The translations under genes and the position numbers were made by a program. A stretch of DNA of 64,000 bases from the human T2T-CHM13v2.0 reference genome, Homo sapiens. Shown piece after piece: positions 13,664 to 30,200 of this stretch. Location of the stretch: assembly GCF_009914755.1 (NCBI RefSeq), contig NC_060931.1, one strand, 5' to 3'. The stretch's first letter is position 1. The number at the start of each line of letters is the position of its first letter. The notes below the pieces were generated by a model. That model was not told the DNA's origin. It did no database searches and worked only from the letters and a program-made list of their open reading frames with translations.

Positions 13664-14457
13664 AATCCCATTCATTTTTATGGCTGCATAGTATTCCATT
13701 GTGTGTATGTACCACATTCTCTTTATGCAATCTGTCACTGATGAGCATTTAGGTTGATTCCATGTCTTTGCTATTGTGAATAGTGCTGCAGTGAACATTC
13801 ATGTGCATGTGTCTTTATGATAAAATGGTTTATATTCCTCTGGCCATATAACGAATAATGTATAATGTAATCGTGTTTCTGTTTTTGCTCGTTGACAAAT
13901 TGCCGTAACATTTTACACAATGGTTGAACTAATTGACACTCCCACTAACAGTGTATAAATGTTTCCTTTTCTCTGTAACCTCTCCAGAATCTGTTATTTT
14001 TTGACTTTTTAATAATTACCATTCTGACTGGTGTGAGATGGCATGTCATTATGATTTTGATTTGCATTTCTCTAATAACCAGTAAAATTGAGCTTTTAAA
14101 AATATGATTGTTGGCTGCATGTATTTCTACTTTTGAGAAGTTTCTGTTCATGTCCTTTGCCCACTTTTTAATGGGGTCATTTGTTTTTCTCCTGAAAATT
14201 GTTTAAGTTCCTTATACATGCTGGATATCAGACCTTTGTCCAATGCATAGCTTGCAAAAATTTTCTCCCATCCCGTAAGTGGTCTGTTTACTCTGTTGAT
14301 AGTTGCTTTTGCTGTACAGAAGCTCTTAAATTTAATTAGATCCCATTAGTCAGTTTTTGCTTTTGTTGTGATTTCACTGGGTGTCTTTGTCATCAAATCT
14401 TTGCCCATTCCTATGTCCAGGATGGTATTGCCTAGGTTGTTTTCCAGGGTTTCTATA

Positions 14458-14539
14458 TTAGGTGGGTGCAAACATAACTGCAGTTTTTGTCATTGAAAGT
14501 AATGACCAAAACCACAATTACTTTTTTGTACCAACCTAA
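14458..14539. mobile_element. MADE1 (Hsmar1-derived MITE)
   Basis: ttaggtgggtgcaaacataactgcagtttttgtcatt-gaaagt-aatgaccaaaaccacaattacttttttgtaccaacctaa: two ~37-bp inverted arms with a 6-nt spacer, flanked by TA at 14456-57 and 14540-41. Confidence 0.93.
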
Positions 14540-15349
14540 TAGTTTGGGGTTTTACATTTAAGTCTTTAATCCATCTTGAGTTGATTTTTGTACCTGAGGT
14601 AAGGACGGGGTCTAGCTTCAATCTCATGCATGTGGCTAGCCAGTTATCCCAGCATCATTTATTGAATAAGGAGTCTTTACCCCATTGCTTGTTTTTGTCA
14701 GCTTTGTAGAAAATCAGATGGATGTGGGTGTGCAGCCTTATTTCTGGGCTCTCTATTCTGTTTCATTGGTCTATATATATGTTTTTGTAGCAGTACCATG
14801 CTATTTTGGATACTGTAGCCCTACAGCAAGTTTGAAGTTGGGTAACGTGATGCCTCCAGTTTTGTTCTTTTTGCTTAGGATTACCTTGGCTATTTGGGCT
14901 CTTTCTCAGTTCCATATGAATTTTAATTTTTTTTTTTTTAGTTCTGTAAAGAATGTCATGGGTAGTTTGATAAAAATAACATTGAATCTGTAAATTGCTT
15001 TGGGCAGTATGGCCATTTTAACAATATTGATTCTTCCTATCCATGAACATGAAATGTTTTTTCATTTGTTTGTGTCTTCTCTGATGTCTTTGAGCAGTTT
15101 TTTGCAATTCTCATTGTAGAGACCTTTCACCCCCTGGTTAGCAGTATTTCTAGTTATTTTATTATTTTTATGAGAATTATGAATGTGATTGTCTTCCAGA
15201 TTTGGCTCTTGGCTTGGCTGTTGTTGGTGTATAGGAATGCTAGTGATCTTTGTATAGCGATTTTGTATCCTGAAACTTTGCTGAAGTTAATCAGCTGAAG
15301 AAGCTTTTGGGACAAGACTATGGGGTTTTCTCGATATAGAATCATGATA

Positions 15350-17380
<2,031 letters not shown>

Positions 17381-17384
17381 ATAT

Positions 17385-18845
17385 TTTTAAAGCTTTATTG
17401 AGGTATACTTGGCCTAAAATAAATTGTATATACTAAAATAATGTGATAAACTTTGACATGTGAATATACTCTTAAATCATCCCCACTTTGAAGACACAAC
17501 ACGTACATTGCCTTGAGGTTCCTCCTGTCTCCTCCTAATCTTATCATTGATGTCCTTTCTTTCCCACCAAATGCCATTCAAAATTATATATTGATCTATT
17601 TTGTCACTGTAGATTAGTTTGCGTTTTCTAGAATTTTATAGAATTAGAATTCTAAAAAGTATGCTTTTTCACCTTTTAAATACAACACAATTATTTTGAG
17701 GTTTATCCATATCCTGCATATCAATAGTCCATTTCTTTTTATTATTTTGTGGTATTCCATTGCATGAATATATGACAGTCTATCTATCAACATGTTAGTG
17801 ATATTTGAATTGTTTCCATTTTTTTGGCTGTTACAAATAAAGTTGCTGTTAATATCACTGTACAAATTTTTTTATAGAAATAAGCTTTTTTTTTTCTTCT
17901 CTGGGGTAAATATCTAGGAGGAGACTGGCTTAATTATATGGTAGGTTTATGTGTAATGTTTAAATAAACTGCCAAACTTTCCCATAATGTCCACACCTCT
18001 TCTCATTTACATTATCAGTGTAGAAGAACTTCAGCTCCTTCATAGTCTTGTAAACACTTGGTATTGTCAGTCTTTTTAATTTTAGCTTCTTTAGTGGGTA
18101 TGTAAGTCATACCTCCTTCTGGTTTTAATTGGCATTTCCCTACTGATTAATATGTTGAGTATTTTTAAATATATTTATTTACCATCCATATATTTCTATA
18201 TAAATTTTTCAATGTATTTTTTTCTATTTTAAGAGTATTGATTTTTATGATTATGATTTTTTGAGAGTTCTTATATATTCTAGATACAAGTCTTTCTTCA
18301 GGTATGTAATTGGCAAATGTTTTTGTTTCATATGTGATTTTTCTTGATTGTTAATGGTGTTTTTTGAATAGCAGACTTCTTAATTTGATGAGATCCAGGT
18401 TATCCTCCTTATTGAAGAAAAAAATTGTTGTTTATGGTGTATCTTAAAACTCCTTTTTCAACCTAATGATGGTCACAATTGTTTTCTCCTGTAAATTTTT
18501 CTATAAATTTAATTCTTCTAGGTATTATATTTGGGTCTCAGATCAATTTTGAGTTACTCCATGGACTGGAGTTTTGTTTATTTTTCTGTTTAAGTTTTTG
18601 TTTGATTGCTTGCACATAGTTATCCAATAGTTTCAGTACTATTTACTGAAGAAACCATCTTCTCTTTACTGAATTGCCTTAGCACATATGTCAAAAATTT
18701 CCAGATGTACAGGGACCTATTTCTGGATTCTACATGCTGTTCTACTGATTTATTTGCATATATTTACACTAAAATTGAATGGACTGAATTACAGTAATTT
18801 AATAATTAATATTGAAATCAAGTGGTATTTGTCTTCCAAATTTAT
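17385..18845 (-). mobile_element. L1MB/L1MC-type 3' end and ORF2 tail
   Basis: 'agctttattgaggtatact...aaattgtatatac', 'gtggtattccattgcatgaatata' and 'atatattctagatacaagtc' are antisense L1M motifs. Confidence 0.75.
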
Positions 18846-18849
18846 GTAT

Positions 18850-19060
18850 TTATTTTGAAGCAGGTTCTCCCTCTGTCACCCAGGCTGGAGTGCAGCGGTG
18901 TAATCATGACTCACTGTAGCCTTAGCCTCCTAGGCTCCAACAATCCTTCACTTCTACCTCCTGAGTAGCTGGAACCACTGGCATGTGTCACCATGCTCAG
19001 CTGATTTTTGTAATAATTTTGTACAAGCAGGGTCTTGCTATATTGCCCAGGCTGATCTCA
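18850..19060 (-). mobile_element. Truncated AluJ
   Basis: Antisense right arm plus a partial left arm with J-type 'gggtcttgctatattgcccaggctg'. Confidence 0.88.
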
Positions 19061-19189
19061 GAAATAACATTTCTGAGGGTTAGGTGAAAGTGATGTTTAT
19101 GTAAATAACTAGAAATGAATTGAGTCTGTAAGACAAGAAGCAACAAAATCTGCATATAAGTACTGTACTCTATTGACAAAGTTGCTCCT

Positions 19190-20810
<1,621 letters not shown>

Positions 20811-21616
20811 CAAACAAACCAAAAGCAATTTCAAATTCTTAGTATACCACATAGATTATTATCTGCTCAAGAAATTCTGCATAAATGGTTATTGATCTTG
20901 TTAATAAGGCAGTGCATCTGAGAGATGCTTAAAAATGCACCAATGTTTATGTTTCAGGATATCAGAAGGGTTGATTTTTGAAGTTAACAGTTTATATTAG
21001 GAATAACGTGTTACCAAAATACAGAAAAGTCTGTCAATTTTACAGTAAAATATATCTCTCTTGAATATGAAGGGAACAATCAGGAATTGAAGCTATAATT
21101 AAAGAATACATTCAAAACCCACAAGGCATTAGCATACTATGCAGGAATGTTTCCAAATATATGTACATATTGTATTCTTTCTATATGATAATTTATATTT
21201 AACCTTATTCTATGTGTTTTATATTAAAACTTTTAAACACCACATTTCACTGATTTAAGACTAGATTAATGTTAAAAATTTTACAAACCAAAAGCAACAT
21301 ACAGACTGAATGTAATCTATATCAAAATCCCAACGACATTCTTCACAGAATAGAAAAAGCAATCCTAAAATTTATATGGGACTACAAAAGACCCAAATAG
21401 CCACAACAATTCTGAGAAAGAAAAACAAAGGGGAAGGCATCACACTACCTCATCAAAATTATATTACGAAGCCTTACTAATCAAAAGAGTATGGTACTGG
21501 CACAAAATCAGACGCACAGACCACTGGAACAGAATAGGGAGCCCAGAAATAAAACCAAACATACAATCAACTAATTTTTTAAAAGGTCACCATGAGGACA
21601 CAACAGGCAAGAGAAA

Positions 21617-23990
21617 CAGAGATACCTTGGTTTTATGGTGCTTTGCTTTATTTTACTTCACATATATTGCATTTTTTAAATGAAACTTTGGGCAACCCTG
21701 CATCAGGTAACTCTTATCAATGCCATCTTTCCAACAACATGTGCTCATTTTATGTGTCTCTGCCACATTTTAGTAATTCTCAGAATATTTCAAACTTTTT
21801 TATTGTTACTTTAACTGTTATGGTGATCTGTGATTAGTTATCTTTGATATTACTATTGTAATTGTTTTGGGATGACACAAACTGTGCTCATATAAGATAG
21901 TGGACTAAATTGGTAAATGTATGTGTTCTGACTGCTCTACCAATCAGCCATTTCAACTTTTCTCTCCATATCCTTGTTCCTCCGTCTTCCCTGAGACACA
22001 ATAATATTGAAATCAGGCCAATTCATAACCCTACAATGGCCTCTAAGTGTTTGCAGGGTAGAAATAGTCACACGGCTCTCATTTTAAATCAAAGCTAGAC
22101 ATGATTAAGCTTAGTAAGCAAGATAGGCTGAAAGCTAGTCTTCTTGCACAAGACAGTCAAGTTGTGAATGCAAAAGAAAAGTTTTTTTAAAAAAATCAAG
22201 TGTTACTCCAGTTGACATAGAAATAATAAGAAGTGAGACAGCCTGAGGTAGTGGCCTGGATAGAAGATCAAATCAGTAACATTTCCTCAAGTCAACACCT
22301 AATCCTGGGCAAGGTTCCAACTCTCTTCAATTCTATGAAGGCTGAGAGAAGTAAGGAAGTTGAAGAAGAAGAGTTTCAAGCTAGCAGAAGTTGGTTCATG
22401 AGGTTTAAGGAGAGAAACTACCTCTATAACACAAAAGTGAAAGGTGAAACAGCAAGTGCTGGTGTAGAAGCTGCAGCAAGTTTTCCAGGACATCCAGCTA
22501 AGATCATTGATGAAGGTGGCTACACTAAACAGGAGATTTTTAAATGTAGATAATAGAGTCTTCTATTGAAAGAAGATGCCTTCTGGGACTTTCATAGCAC
22601 TTTCAGAGGAGAAGTCAATTCCTGGCTTCAAAGCATCAAAGGACAGGCTGATTGTCTTGTTAGAGGCTAATGTAGTTGGCAAGTTTCAGTTGAAGCCAAT
22701 GCTCATTTACTAATTCAAAAAAGCTAGTGCCCTTAAGGGGCCCAGAAAAGCTAGGGCTGTTATGCTAAATCTACTCAGTCAGTGCTCTATCAATGGAACA
22801 ACATAGCCTTGAGGACAGCACATCTGTTTATAGCATGGTTTGCTGAATATTTTAAGCCCTCTGTTGAGACCTACCACTCAGAAAAATAAAATTTCTTTCA
22901 CGATATTACTGCTCATCAGCAATGCACCTGTTAGCCCAAGAGTGCTGATCGAGATCTACAGGGAGATTACTAATGTTGTTCTCACAACTGCTAACATACT
23001 GTGTATTCTGTACCCCATAGATTAAAAAGCAATTTTGACTTTCAAGTCTTATGATTTAAGAAATACAATTTACAAGGCGCTATAGTTGTCATGGATAGTG
23101 ATTCCTCTGCTAAATCTGGGCAAAGTAAATTAAAAGCCCTTCAGAAATAATACACCACTCTAGCTGCCATTAAGAACAATAGTGATTCATGAGAGAATGT
23201 CAAAATATCAATATTAACAGGAGTTTGGAAGAAGGTGATCCCAGCGCTCATGGATGACTTTAGTGGGGCTCAAGACTTCAGTGGAGGTAGTCACTGCAGA
23301 TGTGAAAGTACCAATAGAACTAGAATTAGAAGAGGAGCCTTAAGATGGGTCTAGATTGCCACAATCTCATAATACAATTTGAGTTGATGAGAAGTTGTTT
23401 CTTATGGATGAGCAAAGAAAGTGGTTTCCTTAGGTGAAAACTACTTCTGGTGAAGATGTTACAAACACACTTCAGATGAAAATAAAGGATTTAAAAAATT
23501 ACATAAACTTGGTTGGTAAAGCAGTGTGGCAGGTTTTGAAAGGATTTACTTCAATTCTGAAAAAAACAAAAAACGTGGTACTGTAGGTAAAATGCTATCA
23601 AGCACTATTTCATGCTATGAGGAATTTTTTATGAAAGGAAGAGTTAATGGATGTGGCCCACTCATTTTTATCTTATTTTAAGAAATTGCCACAGTCATCC
23701 CCAACCTTCAGCAACCACCACTTGGATAAGTCAGCAGCCATCTATATGGAGGCAAGACTCTCTACCAGCAAAAATATTATAACTCATTGAATGCTCAAAA
23801 AATTATTAGCATATGTTAACAATACAATATTTTTAATTAAGGTATGTGTATTGGTTTTCATTAGACATAATGTTATTGTACGCTTACAGTATAGGGCAAA
23901 CATGACTTTATATGAAATGACAAACCAAAAAATTTATGTGACTCACTTTATTGCAACATTCACTTTATTGTGGAGGCCTGGAGATGGAAT
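21617..23990 (+). mobile_element. Near-full-length Tigger1 DNA transposon (pogo/Tc1-mariner superfamily)
   Basis: Left end 'cagagataccttggttttatggtgctttgcttta', right subterminal 'gtgactcactttattgcaacattcactttattgtgg', length ~2.4 kb. The right TIR is eroded. Confidence 0.93.
22100..23460 (+). pseudogene. Disrupted Tigger1 transposase (CENP-B-type HTH plus DDE domain remnants)
   Basis: ORF 22233-22553 (WIEDQ...LFNSMKAER...EFQASRSWFMRFKER...KIIDEGGYTKQEIF) matches Tigger1/TIGD1 transposase. Multiple stops and frameshifts elsewhere. Confidence 0.88.
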
Positions 23991-24550
23991 AATATTATAA
24001 ACTGTCTGGGCAAAACTGGATTTTCACATGGAAAAGAATTAAATTGAACTCTTATCTTACACCATAAACAAAAAACAATTTAAAATGAATAAAAGATATA
24101 TATGTAAGATCTGAAACTATAAAACTCATAGAAGTGAACATAGAAGCAAATCTCCTGGACATGGCGATGGCAATGAATTTTTGTATATCATACCAAAAGC
24201 ACAGCCTACAGAAACAAAAATAAAACGGTGAGATTACGTCTAACTAAAAATGTTTCTGGCCATCAAAGGAAACAATCAATAAAATGAAACAGCAGCTTAC
24301 AGACTGGAAAAAAAAATTTACAAGCCATGTATCAGATGTAAAGAACTCATTCAACTTAATATGAGAAAAACAAATAACCTGAATAAAAATCAGCAAAGGA
24401 CCCAAATAAACATTTTTTTTCAAAGAACGTATAAAAATAACAAATCATTATATGAAGTCTCTCAGTATCATTAATTTTTAGAAAAATGCAAATAAAAGCC
24501 ACTATGAGATACCAGCTTGCACCTGTTAAAACAGCTATTATCCAAAATTT

Positions 24551-25920
24551 AGACGGCGGCAGCCCCACCTCATCTCCATGCCGCCACTGCTACCACTGCA
24601 AACGCATGCACGGATGCTGGCGGCCCTGCACCTACTGATGCCACAGCCACCATCACAAACACAAGCATGGAGCCTAGTATTCCCATCCCCACCAGCATGC
24701 CATCTCTGCCACATCACAGCAGAGGAATGCTACAGCCCTACACCAGCCAGTACCCCACTCCAGCTGACATATGTGCTCCCCACCGCACTCCCATGGCTAC
24801 TGGCATGCATGAGTAAGCACAGTCCTCATTGTGACTTCTCTGAATGCTTTGGCCGGCCCCACCCATCAGAATATTGTGGCCAGTGGACTAGGAACACCTT
24901 GGCAGCTCCAATTCAGCAGGTTCCTAACCTCAAGGGGCCAGAGAAAAAAGTCAGGGACTAGTAGCAATCCACCAGAGGTAAAGCACGCAGCCCAGGAATG
25001 CTGAGCTCAGCCTTGGCCCCCCAAAATACTCCAGAAAGACATCCAGTTGACTGAACCCTTCTTATACCACAATCAAATACTCAAGGGCATCAAAGAAGAT
25101 AAAAGCACACACACACACACACACAAAAAGAAATCTGCCCAAAGTATAGCAACTTCAAAGATTAAAGGAATGTCAGCCTTCACAGATAAGAAAGAACCAG
25201 TGCAAGAATTCTGGCAACTCAAAGAGTTGGAGTATTTTCTCACCACGCTAGTTCCCAGGCAGTGATTCAGAATAGATTCAGATATGGAAAGAGAATTCAG
25301 AATATATACAGCAACAAAGATGATCAAGTTTCAGGAGGAAGTCAAAACCCAATCCAAGGAATCTAAGAAATATAATGAAAAGATAAAGGAGATGAAAGAC
25401 AAAATGGCCATTTTAAGAAACAACCAAACTGGCCCGATAGAGCTGAAAAACTCACTTCAAGAATTTCATAATACAATCACAAGTGTTAACAGCAGAAGTG
25501 ACCAAGCTGAGGAAAGAATCTCAGATTGCAAAGACCAGTACTCTGAAATATTGCGGCCAGACAAAAATAAATAAAAACAAATAAAGAAGAATGAATGAAG
25601 CCTCTAAGAAATAAGGGATTATGTAAAGAGACCAAACCTATGGTTCACTGGCATCCCTGAAAGAGAGGGAGGAAAAGTAAGCAATTTGGAAAACATATTT
25701 GAGAATATCATCTATGAAAATTTCTCCTACCTTGCTAGAGAAGACAACATTAAAATTTAGGAAACACAGAGAAGCCCTGTGAGATGCTGACAAGATGTCT
25801 TCAACGTACATAGATTCTCCAAGGTCAAAATGAAAGAAAGATATGTGAAAGGCAGCTAGAGAGAAGGGGCAATTTACCTATGAAGCAAACACCATCGGGC
25901 AAACGGCAAACCTTTCAGCA
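24551..25920 (+). mobile_element. L1P-type 5' UTR plus ORF1 fragment with no 3' part
   Basis: C-rich 5' UTR. ORF 25284-25574 (ELKNSLQEFHNTITSVNSRSDQAEERIS) is the ORF1p coiled coil. Breaks off at 'aacctttcagca'. Confidence 0.85.
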
Positions 25921-27250
25921 CAAAGAGCTTTGTTGGGCTGGATCTGTAGATCAAAAGCAATTACCCAGAATGCACATAGAGGCATAAGAAGATGATGAGT
26001 TAGAGAAACAAAGTCTAGTAAACATCTACACAGATCTGCAGAAAGAAGGAAGGGGGAAAGTTATGAGAGTAAACCTTTCAATATATAATAGATGAGAAAA
26101 TTCTAGAATTTATGACAGACTGCCCTGTATATACAGGGAACGCAACATATTCCAGTAGAATAGAATATTTATGTGAAACAGAGAAACAGTGACAGAAAAT
26201 GAGAAAAAGTGAGAGAGACTATTTTTAAGGTAGAGAGAAAAATTGCAATAAATAAGTATGTGAGAGTGTAATCATTAAAAGTTAGAAGACAGTAGGAAAA
26301 TATCTTAATTGTATGTTAATGGAAAATAACTTTCAATTAAGAAATGTGTACCAAAATGTTTTAAAAATAATGACAGGATAAAGATGTTTCAATTAAAAGT
26401 TTAACTGAAAATATTTACTTTCAAAATAATCTTACTAAAGATCTTCAAAAAATGTTTTAAGAAGTAACAAAATTCCAGAGAAAAATGTGAAATGGAAGAA
26501 GAAATGAAAAATAAAATAATAAACATTTGACCAATATAAAGAATTATTGGGCCAAGTGAGGTGGCTAATGCCTATAATCCCAGTAATTTGCTAGGCCAAG
26601 GAGAGACGATTGCTTGAAGCCAGGTGTTTGAGACTATCCTCTGCAACAAAGAGAGACCTCATTGCTACAAAACTGAAATAAAATCAAATTAAAACTTATT
26701 CACGTGAAGTAGACTGTGCCTGTAGTTTCGGCTACTTGGGAGGCTAAGGCGAGAAGGTTGTTTGGTCACAGACTTTCAAGGCTGCAGTGAGCTATGATTA
26801 AGCCACTGCTCTCCAGCCTGGGTGACAGTAAGAACCAATCTCTAATAAAAAAAAAATTAAACAGAAATTAAAAATATTTATTTATTGAACAATACATTTA
26901 AATCCTAAATCTAGAAATTAGGATAAAGATAAAATATGGAGCAATGGTATACTAAAGTGTAATGTATACCTTATATAACACTATGCTAATTTTAATCTTT
27001 TAATAGAGAAATTAACATTTTACATTAACCACTAAAATAGCAGTAATAGAGTAGTAATGCAGTAGTTCTAAGCTGGTAGGAGGTAAAAATGGAATAAGGT
27101 GCAAAACATTTAGTAGCATAAAAGGTAAGAAAGAAGCAATGATGCAGAAAGAGAAAAAGGAAGAAAACAAAGTATAATACCTAAATATATTCAAGAAAAG
27201 CTAGAAAGTAGGAAAATAGCTTAAAGCAAGCAATAAATAAAACAAAATAA
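25921..27250 (+). mobile_element. Degenerate L1M ORF1 and inter-ORF region, interrupted by AluJ
   Basis: A-rich sequence with 'aattacccagaatgcacatagag', 'gatgagaaaattctagaatt' and 'gttagaagacagtaggaaaatatctt'. Confidence 0.5.
26550..26856 (+). mobile_element. AluJ SINE
   Basis: Diverged dimer with J diagnostics ('ttgcttgaagccagg', 'aggctgcagtgagctatgat'). Confidence 0.92.
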
Positions 27251-27252
27251 AA

Positions 27253-30200
27253 TGAGATTCAAGTCAAGGTGGCAGATTAGAAGCAGCTCTTGAGCCACCC
27301 TCAGGACGAGGAAATGAGGTGGATGGTGAACACTGGCCCTGAGTGATGACTGTGAGACAATCACCTGAGAAGCACTGCAGGCTCCATCAAGGCAGAAAGG
27401 GACGCAGAGGACAGAGACGAGCAAAGCTGGGCAGCAGCCCACCTAGGATCAGTGCAGAGCCAGGAGAAGCTCCCAACACAGGAAAACAGTGAGTGAGTGA
27501 CAGCCCCCAGGGGATTCACGCTTCCCGCAGGGACCTGCCCAAGCCTGTAAATGGGAGGAAGGTCCTGAACTCACTGGGGCCTCTAAACTGATACAGAGAA
27601 TGCCCAGAGTTTTTGAGGGGATAGTATGTAACTTTATGGGGAACTCCACAGGCCTTGGACCCGAGAGTAGCCTGGTGCTACTTTCATAGCCACAATAAGG
27701 ACAGGGCTCAGGAGCAGTAATTTTTCTACTCCCCTCACCAGACAAGGCTCAGCACAAGCTTCTAGCAGAACAGCCCTGCTTCTGCCTGAGCTTTGCAGGC
27801 TGGCGCTGCCCTGTGTTCCCCCAGGGAAACAACCAGACAGCATAGCCAGTGATTCCACCCACCCTGCAGCTTGTAGCCATGTGGGCCACACCTGCTGGGA
27901 CTCCCAGCACAATAGCCACACTTCTGCCTGAACTCCGTGGGTAGGGGCAGTTCTGTGTTGCCCAAGGAAACACCTGCACAGTGGATTGGGTGACCCCACT
28001 CACTCACACTCCTCCTAGGTGGGCAAGACACATCAGTCGGGAATTCCAACACAGTGGACTCACCTCTACCTAAACTCTGTGGGAGGGTGCAGCTTTATGT
28101 TGCCCTGGGTAGCACTGAGATGACGAATCAGGTGACTCCACCCACCACCACTGCTGCTAGCCCAGTTGGATTTGCAAGTTTAGGCATTGCCTAAGCAGGT
28201 GGGAGCCCTCACTCTTGAAACACTGAGAGGTGTTAGATGCCCAGGTTTGCAGGCTGGTGGAGGAATAGGGTGTGCCTCCCTCTACAGGGCAGTCCCAGGA
28301 AGCATAGGCTGGTCTACCAACTGCGGACCCTGCCTGAGGGAGTCGCATGAACCAGAATATTTAACAAAGGAAACATGGGTGTGGAGCTAATGACTGGAGG
28401 GGGCACATCTGAGGCTCTGGAGCAGTTAATGTGAGGGGTCATCTCTCTCTCCCCCACCCACAGAACACTACTGCCAACTGTGCCAAAACATAAAAAAGCC
28501 TGGTGCTAAGAGCCTATCTGCCAGCCAACACTGTTAAGCACTACCTACTCGATCACAATCCAGAATACAACACCAAAATATTTTGCCAGTATAAAGTGCC
28601 AGTGAAAGCAAAAGCAAAGGCTCCTGCCACAAATCAAGATTCTGTACTGAGTCCTGGCTCTCTAAAAACACTCAGAAATGAGGCCAACTGACTATACTCA
28701 ATTTATGTCACAGTTAAAGGAACACCAGCCTTCACACATGAGAAAGAATGAATGCAAGAACTTTGGCAACTCAAAAAACCAGTGTGCCCCCTTACCTACA
28801 AATGAACACACCAGTCTCCCAGAAATGCTTTTTAGCCAGATTGAGATAATGGCAAGGAAGCTCATCAGGATTGAGAATAAACTTGAAACCTAATCCAAGA
28901 GATCCAAGGAATCTAGTATAATCATCCAGGAACCACAAGACAAAATATCCATTTTAAAAGAGAACCAAACTGAATTTCTGGAAATGAGGAATTTACTTCA
29001 AGAATTCCAAAATATAATAGGAAACATAAACAGCAGAATAGATCAAGCTAAAGAAAGAATCTAAGTGTTTGAAGACCAGTTCTTCAAATGAAATCCATCA
29101 GACAAAAATAAAGAAAAAGGGATTTTTTTTTTACATGAGCAAAACCTCCAGGAAACAGGGGATTATCAAGAGACGAAATCTGTGACTCGTGGGTATTCCT
29201 GAAAGAGAAGGAGAGAAAGTAAGCAATTCAGAAAACATTTAACGATATAGTCCATGAAAATTTTTCCAGTCTTGCTAGAGAGGACGTACAAATTCAAGAA
29301 ATACAAAGAAATCCTGTGAGATACTACATGAGATGACCATCCCCAAGGCACATTCACCAAGGTCACCACAAAAGACAAATCCTGAAGGAAGCTAGAGAGA
29401 AAGCTCAGGTCACGTACAAATGGGACCTTATCAGGGTAGCAGCGAAACTCTCAGCAGAAACCTTACAAGCCAAAAGAGGTTGGGGGCCTATATTCAACAT
29501 TCTTAAATAAAAGAAATTGCAACAATGAATTTCATATCCAGCCAGACTAAGGTTAGTAAGCAAAGGGGAAATAAGATCCTTTTCAGACAAGCACATGCTA
29601 AGGGAATTCATTACCACGAGACCTGACCTACAAGAAGGTCTTAAGGGTGTGCAAAATAAGGAAAGGAAAGACCATTCCAGCCACCACAAAAACACACTTA
29701 ATTACATCAAGCATTGACATTATAAAGCAGCCACAAAAACAAATCTGCAAAATAACCAGCTAACAACAAAATGACTGGATCAAATCTGTATGTATTAATA
29801 TTAATCTTCTATGTAAAATATTAACCTTTATGTAAATATTAACCTGTTATGTAAAAATTAACCTTTTATGTAACCTTTTAATTGAGGCTAAAGCCCCAAT
29901 TAAAAGATACAGAGTGGCAAGATGGATAAAGAAGCAATACAGAATCGTATGCTGTCCAGAGACCCATTTCAAATGGAATAGCATTTGCAAATGCAATAGC
30001 ATAGGCTAAAAGTAGAGGGATGGAGAAAAATTTACCAAGTAGTTGAAAAACAGATAAAAGCAGGGTTTGCTCTTCCAATTTTCAGACAAAAACGGACTTT
30101 AAACCAACAAAGATAACAAATGATAAAGAAGGGCATCATATAATGGTAAAGGGATCAATACAACAAGAAAACCTAAGCATCATAAATATATATACACACC

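Larger units (their letters stand above)
13014..15348 (-). mobile_element. 5'-truncated L1PA13-16-type LINE, interrupted by an Alu and a MADE1
   Basis: Antisense 3' UTR ('ttttaacttctatttcaggtttgtgggtacatgtg...ggtaaactcgtgtcac'). ORF2 C-terminal peptides appear in ORFs 13571-13798 (MFTAALFTIAKTWNQPKC), 13945-14151 and 15154-15372. Confidence 0.92.
21295..24550 (+). mobile_element. L1MA-type ORF2 3' region split by Tigger1 (21295-21616 and ~23995-24550)
   Basis: The L1 reads continuously across the Tigger: '...aaggtcaccatgaggacacaacaggcaagagaaa | ataaactgtctgggcaaaactgg...'. Confidence 0.8.

Noticed and set aside
27221-28400. Cluster of overlapping ORFs in GC-rich sequence as a gene or CpG island
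   Set aside because: This is the L1PA 5' UTR. Higher GC lowers stop-codon frequency, and CpGs are depleted.
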